Source: Candidatus Rokuibacteriota bacterium (lineage in GTDB: Bacteria; Methylomirabilota; Methylomirabilia; Rokubacteriales; DASRDR01). From it: a stretch of DNA of 31,830 bases. Made by a program: the position numbers and the translations under genes. The stretch lies in contig JBIOTN010000109.1 in the NCBI GenBank assembly GCA_044866005.1, positions 1 to 31,830 of the forward strand, in the 5' to 3' direction. The notes beneath the pieces are model-generated. The model saw only the letters and a list, made by a program, of their open reading frames with translations. It did not search any database and had not been told where the DNA came from. Position 1 is the first letter of the stretch; every line of letters begins with the position of its first letter. Positions 27,057-31,830 of the stretch are shown here, piece by piece.

Positions 27057-27995
27057 ATGAAACGGGAGGCCCTGAAGCTCCTCGTCTGCCCGGCCTGCAA
27101 ATCCGAGCTGCGGCTTCGCGCACAGTCGACCCAGGGCCGGGAGGTCGTGGAAGGCGCTCTGTCGTGCCGCCAGTGCGGCGCGGACTATCCCGTTTCCCGC
27201 GGAGTCCCGCGATTCGTGCGAAGGGGGGCCTACGCCTCGAGCTTCGGCTACCAATGGAACCGGTTCCGCCAGGTCCAGCTCGACTCCGTGAACCGGACCA
27301 CGGAGTCCGAACGGACCCTGGAGACGACGACGGGCTGGACGCAGCAGGATTACCGAGGTCGTCTCGTCCTCGATGCCGGCGTGGGCGCCGGTCGGTTTGC
27401 GCAGGTGGTCGCGAACAAAGGCGCAGAGGTGGTGGGAGTCGACCTGACGGACGCCGTCGACGCGGCGTACAGCAACATCGGCCGACTGGATCGCGTCCAC
27501 ATCGTTCAGGCCGACATCTTCGCCATGCCGTTCCGTGACGGGACGTTCGATCTCGCATACTCGATCGGGGTGCTGCACCACACTCCTGACCCTCCCGCCG
27601 CGTTCGCCCGCGTGGCCGCGACCGTCAAGAAGGGCGGTGGGCTGGCGGTCTTCCTCTACGCGCGCTACGGCCCGGGTCACCACTGCTCCGACGCGATCCG
27701 AAGGATCACCACCCGCCTCCCCCTACGGCTGATGTTCGGGCTCAGTGCCGCCTCGATCCCGCTGTACTGGCTCTACCGCGTTCCCGTCGTCGGCAAGGTC
27801 CTCCAACTCCTGTGTCCCATCTCGTTGCACGCGCATTGGTGCTGGCGATGGCTCGACACCTTCGACTGGTACACCCCCCAGTACCAGTGGAAGTTCCTCT
27901 ACCCCGAGGTGTTCCGCTGGTTCCGAGCGAACGGCTTCCACGACGTCGAGATCTTCGACGAGCCGATCCGCATGCGGGGCATCAGGACGGAGTAG
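27057..27995 (+). CDS. Class I SAM methyltransferase with N-terminal Trm112-like zinc ribbon
   Basis: LVCPACK...LSCRQCGADYPVSRGVPRF; SFGYQW; motif I LDAGVGAGR; QADIF, FDLAYSIGVLHHTPDP; DTFDWYTP. Confidence 0.85.
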   Translation: MKREALKLLVCPACKSELRLRAQSTQGREVVEGALSCRQCGADYPVSRGVPRFVRRGAYASSFGYQWNRFRQVQLDSVNRTTESERTLETTTGWTQQDYRGRLVLDAGVGAGRFAQVVANKGAEVVGVDLTDAVDAAYSNIGRLDRVHIVQADIFAMPFRDGTFDLAYSIGVLHHTPDPPAAFARVAATVKKGGGLAVFLYARYGPGHHCSDAIRRITTRLPLRLMFGLSAASIPLYWLYRVPVVGKVLQLLCPISLHAHWCWRWLDTFDWYTPQYQWKFLYPEVFRWFRANGFHDVEIFDEPIRMRGIRTE

Positions 27996-28000
27996 AGAGC

Positions 28001-29002
28001 ATGGCCAGCTCGGCTCCGCGCGTGGTGGCGCTCGGCGGCGGCACGGGCCTGCCCGTGCTTTTGCGGGGCCTGAAGGCGGCCCTTTTCGCTGCCGGGTCCC
28101 GGTGGGTCCCGACGAGGGACCGCGATCGGCTCGCGGCGGTCGTCACGGTCGCCGACGACGGTGGCAGTTCCGGACGGCTTCGGCGGGCATATGGGTTGCC
28201 GGCTCCCGGAGACGTCCGGAACTGCCTCCTCGCACTCTCGAACGGTGATCCGACGATGACGGCGCTCTTCGACTTCCGCTTCAACGGATCGGACGGCCTC
28301 GCGGGCCACAGTCTCGGGAATCTCATCCTCGCCGCTCTGTCCCAGCTGGAGAGCGATTTCCCCGAGGCCGTCAGTCGCGCTGGTCGGATCCTGGCCATCC
28401 GTGGCCGCGTATGGCCGGCCACTGGCGACGACGTCAGGCTTCTCGCCGAACTCGACGACGGCAGCATCGTGGAAGGCGAATCGCAGGTCGGCTCGGTGCG
28501 CCGGCCGATCCGGCGCGTGTATCTCGAACCGGAAGGCGCCCGACCGTTGCCCCCTGCCCTGGACGCGCTCGCCGCCGCGGATCTGATCGTGATCGGGCCC
28601 GGGAGCCTTTACACGAGCCTCGTGCCGATTCTCCTGATCAAGGACATCGCGGAGACAATCGCGCGCTCGAGGGCCCGCGTCGTGCTGGTCATGAACCTCA
28701 TGACCGAGCCCGGAGAGACCAACGGGTACACCGCGGCCGACCTCGTCGTGGCCCTCCGCCGCCATGCCCCCCAGGTCCCGATTCACGACGTGCTGCTCAA
28801 CACGGCTGCGATTCCCGAGGAGCTCCGGGGTCGCTATGCCGCTCAGGGCGCCGCCCCCATCAGCGCCGACGTCGAGGCGCTCAGGGGATTGGGCTGTCGG
28901 CCGGTGGAGCGCGACCTGCTGGCGAGCGGCCCCAAGATTCGACACGACCCACACAAGCTGGCTCGCGCGGTCCTCGAGCTGGGAGGTGAGGCTCTGCCAT
29001 GA
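28001..29002 (+). CDS. yvcK: YvcK/GlmR (UPF0052, CofD-like) UDP-GlcNAc-binding protein
   Basis: VVALGGGTGLPVLLRGLK, VTVADDGGSSGRLR, APGDVRNCL, GHSLGNLIL, GESQV, IGPGSLYTS, NLMTEPGET, RHDPHKLA. Confidence 0.9.
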   Translation: MASSAPRVVALGGGTGLPVLLRGLKAALFAAGSRWVPTRDRDRLAAVVTVADDGGSSGRLRRAYGLPAPGDVRNCLLALSNGDPTMTALFDFRFNGSDGLAGHSLGNLILAALSQLESDFPEAVSRAGRILAIRGRVWPATGDDVRLLAELDDGSIVEGESQVGSVRRPIRRVYLEPEGARPLPPALDALAAADLIVIGPGSLYTSLVPILLIKDIAETIARSRARVVLVMNLMTEPGETNGYTAADLVVALRRHAPQVPIHDVLLNTAAIPEELRGRYAAQGAAPISADVEALRGLGCRPVERDLLASGPKIRHDPHKLARAVLELGGEALP

Positions 29003-30309
29003 ACGGCGCCCATCTGACCGATCGGATCCGGAATCACGACGCCCGCCTCGGCATCGTCGGTCAAGGTTACGTGGGCCTTCCGCTGGCCGTCGAGTTCGCC
29101 CGCGCGGGATTCGCCGTGACGGGCGTCGATACCGACCTGGACCGGATCGCCGCGCTCAACGCCGGGCGGTCCTACAGCCCCGACGTCGACAGTCAGGCGC
29201 TGGCGGCGCTGGTTCGCGATCACCGCTATGACGCGACGTCGGACTTCTCCGTCCTCGAACGGAGCGACGTGGTGATCATCTGCGTGCCGACCCCCCTGCG
29301 GAAGTCCAAGGATCCGGACATCTCCTTCATCGTCGCCGCCGCCGAGGAGGCCGCGGCCCGCTTTCGGCCGGGCCAGCTCCTGATCCTGGAGTCCACGACC
29401 TATCCCGGGACGACCGAGGAGATCCTGCTGCCCCTGTTCGAGGCGCGGGGGGCGGTGGTCGGCAGGAATTTCTTCCTGGCCTTCTCGCCGGAGCGAATCG
29501 ATCCCGGCAACCCGACGTACAAGGTGAAGGACATCCCCAAGGTCGTGGGGGGGCTCACCCCCGAGTGTTCACGCCTGGCAGCCCTCCTCTACCGGCAGAT
29601 CGTCGGCACGGTCATCGAGGTGTCGAGCGCGAAGGTTGCCGAGCTGGCCAAGCTGTACGAGAACGTCTTCCGGAACGTGAACATCGCCCTGGCGAACGAG
29701 TTCGCGCTCATGTGCCGGCGTCTGGGTGTCAACACGCGCGAGGTGATCGAGGCGGCCGCCACCAAGCCCTTCGGCTTCCTCCCCTTCTACCCCGGCCCCG
29801 GCATCGGCGGCCACTGCATCGCGGTGGATCCGTTCTATCTCGCGTGGAAGATGCGGCTGAACGGATACGAGGCCCGGTTCATCCACCTGGCCGACGAGAT
29901 CAATCGATCGATGCCGGCCTACGTCGTGGAGCTGGTGAGCCAGGCCCTGAACCGCCGGCGCCGCTGCCTGAACGGCGCGCAGATCCTGGTGCTCGGCGTG
30001 GCGTACAAGCGTGGGGTCGGGGATACGCGCGAGTCGCCAGCCCTGGAGATCCTCGCCAGCCTCCACGAAAAGGGCGCGGAGGTCTCCTACGCCGATCCTC
30101 ATGTCCCCTCGATCGTCCTCGAGGGGATGGCGCTGAAGGCCGTGGAGCTCACCGATGACGGGCTGGCCGCGGCCGACTGCGTGCTGATCCTCACGGACCA
30201 TCCGGACTTCGACTACCGTCGGGTCGTCGAGGCCGCCTCGCTCGTCGTCGACACGCGAAACGTCACGTGGGGAATCCCCGCGCCGGCGGAGCGTGTCGTC
30301 CGGATGTAG
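28999..30309 (+). CDS. UDP-N-acetylhexosamine 6-dehydrogenase (WbpA/WecC-like nucleotide-sugar dehydrogenase)
   Basis: GQGYVGLPLA, CVPTP, ESTTYPGTTEE, SPERIDPGN, KLYENVFRNVNIALANE, PGPGIGGHCI, DTRESPA; ATGA overlap with yvcK. Confidence 0.92.
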   Translation: MNGAHLTDRIRNHDARLGIVGQGYVGLPLAVEFARAGFAVTGVDTDLDRIAALNAGRSYSPDVDSQALAALVRDHRYDATSDFSVLERSDVVIICVPTPLRKSKDPDISFIVAAAEEAAARFRPGQLLILESTTYPGTTEEILLPLFEARGAVVGRNFFLAFSPERIDPGNPTYKVKDIPKVVGGLTPECSRLAALLYRQIVGTVIEVSSAKVAELAKLYENVFRNVNIALANEFALMCRRLGVNTREVIEAAATKPFGFLPFYPGPGIGGHCIAVDPFYLAWKMRLNGYEARFIHLADEINRSMPAYVVELVSQALNRRRRCLNGAQILVLGVAYKRGVGDTRESPALEILASLHEKGAEVSYADPHVPSIVLEGMALKAVELTDDGLAAADCVLILTDHPDFDYRRVVEAASLVVDTRNVTWGIPAPAERVVRM

Positions 30310-30638
30310 CGGACCATGCCGATCGGTGAGCGAAGGGAGGGACCGGTGTTCGCGGGTGGGCACCGGGGATCGAGAGAGAAGGGCGGTCAGGTGTGACCCA
30401 ACCGCCCCTGCCACAGCCCCCGCTCCTCAGCAGGAAAGGAGGTCCGTAGCACCACGTACGCTAACCGAGCTCTCTCCGCGAGTCAAGTGACGGCTCTCGG
30501 GTGGCGTGCCGATACGCCACGGCGAACGGACTCGCGTCCTGACGCGTGCAAACTACCGGTTCGATTTCGGATAACGCCACGACGAAGCCAAGCCCCATCT
30601 GTCACGTTACGCAAAAGCTCCAGGCGAGGAGAATCACC

Positions 30639-31802
30639 ATGAAGACGAAGTCACGAACGAGGGAAAGCGGGCAGCCCTTCACCGCCCTGGTGGCGGCCGG
30701 CCTGCTCGTCGTCGCCATGACAGGAACCGCCGCGGCCCAGGACAGCGCGAGCGGCGCCGCATTCGGCGGCGCGGCCAACGCGGCCGGCGCCGCCGTGGGC
30801 CCCACCCCGCTCGCCACCCTGCCGGCGGACGGCGGCATGACCGCGGCCGAGGCGGCGAGCCTCAGCGTGCCGAATGTCCTCGCGACCGATGCGTTGAGGG
30901 CCATCACCGCCGGCGCCATCGGCGGCGTGCAAAGCCTGACCACGGTGCAAAACGTGAACATCCTCAACGGACTCGTCACGGCCCGGCTCGCTGTGCCCAT
31001 CGCGAGCAGCACCGCCGACGGGATCCCCGCGAGCAGTGACGCGACCGGCTCGGCCCTGATCGGGCTCGTCGTCAACGGAGTCCCGCTCGGGGACGGCCCG
31101 TTTGCGCCGAACACCGCGGTCGACATCCCCGGCGTCGGCACGCTGATCGTGAACGAGCAGAGGGCCGGCGGCGACGGCCTGAACAGCAGCAGCCTTACCG
31201 TCAACATGCTCCACCTCGTGCTGACAGATCCTGTGACCGGGGCGAAGACCGGCGACATCGTCGTGGGCTCGGCCAGCAGTGGCGTGAGCATGGCGCCGTT
31301 CGTCCCCGCCCACATCGTCCCCGTGTCCGGCTGCGTGTTCTACACGGGGGGCGGCAGGATCGACGCCATCACCCCGCAGAACCGCCAGGACTTCGGCACC
31401 TTCGGCTTCAACGCCACCACCCGGAACAGTCCCAACGGGTGTGGCCCTCGCGGCCAGCTCGAGTACCACGACCACAACCCGAACATCGACCTCAACATCC
31501 ACGGCGTCTCGGCCGACATCGACGGCGAGGACACCGACCCGCAGTTTGGCGGAATGTGCGCCCTGTTCCACGGCACGGCGCGAGTGCGAAGGGGCAACAC
31601 CACGCTGACGGGACCCAACGCCGATGGCACCTTCGATTACTCGGCGAGGGCGTGCGACAACGGCGAGCCGGGCGTCGGCCGGGACAAGTTCAACATCGTG
31701 GTCCCGGGAGTCTACGACTCCACGTGCGCCCCTGAGTCACCGGCCTGCGGAGGCAAGGACCTCATCCTGAGGGGCGGCAACATCCAGCGTCACGCGCATT
31801 GA
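30639..31802 (+). CDS. Secreted protein, choice-of-anchor-P-like beta domain plus post-COAP-1-like C-terminal domain
   Basis: SD GAGGAG; signal peptide ending AAA|Q; PNTAVDIPGVGTLIVNEQ...LTVNMLHL...DIVVGSASS; C-terminal TGGGRI...TFGFNA...GQLEYHDH...DNGEPG..DKF...GGNIQ. Family names are from recalled motifs, not a search. Confidence 0.65.
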   Translation: MKTKSRTRESGQPFTALVAAGLLVVAMTGTAAAQDSASGAAFGGAANAAGAAVGPTPLATLPADGGMTAAEAASLSVPNVLATDALRAITAGAIGGVQSLTTVQNVNILNGLVTARLAVPIASSTADGIPASSDATGSALIGLVVNGVPLGDGPFAPNTAVDIPGVGTLIVNEQRAGGDGLNSSSLTVNMLHLVLTDPVTGAKTGDIVVGSASSGVSMAPFVPAHIVPVSGCVFYTGGGRIDAITPQNRQDFGTFGFNATTRNSPNGCGPRGQLEYHDHNPNIDLNIHGVSADIDGEDTDPQFGGMCALFHGTARVRRGNTTLTGPNADGTFDYSARACDNGEPGVGRDKFNIVVPGVYDSTCAPESPACGGKDLILRGGNIQRHAH

Positions 31803-31830
31803 GCCGAGCGACCGCCCGCGGCAGCCCGGG

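Noticed and set aside
30519..30600. GGCGAAC...GACGC...GCAAAC resembling a c-di-GMP-I riboswitch
   Set aside because: There is no GNRA-capped P2 and no contiguous GACGCAAAGC or receptor motif; an Rfam hit would be needed to revive it.

Overview
High-GC bacterial window; the diderm export genes and gene style suggest Rokubacteria/Methylomirabilota-like DNA, which is an inference only. It has three blocks. (1) Minus strand, 21-14977: a trehalose/alpha-glucan cluster, in transcription order RRM RNA-binding protein, treZ, GH57 branching enzyme, glgC, DUF3536 GH57, DUF5752, TreT-type GT4, a degenerate GT-A glucosylglycerate-synthase-like protein, glgE and treS. No glgA, treY, maltokinase or GH13 glgB lies in the window. 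(2) Plus strand, 15685-20245: an unusual signalling cassette made of a PAS+HisKA protein with no ATPase domain, a REC-PAS-PAS-HisKA_3-HATPase kinase, two ~90% identical tandem NarL-type regulators and a stand-alone receiver. (3) Plus strand, 20580-31802: the start of a Wzx/Wzy-type exopolysaccharide locus. A densely structured leader precedes a NusG-paralog antiterminator, an OM beta-barrel plus short OPX, a co-polymerase, BY-kinase, priming transferase, Trm112-fused methyltransferase, YvcK/GlmR-like protein and UDP-HexNAc dehydrogenase, followed by a secreted choice-of-anchor-P-like protein. Shared motifs at the storage-operon promoter and around the regulators hint at one circuit dividing carbon between storage and EPS. 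No rRNA, tRNA, CRISPR array or transposase was seen.
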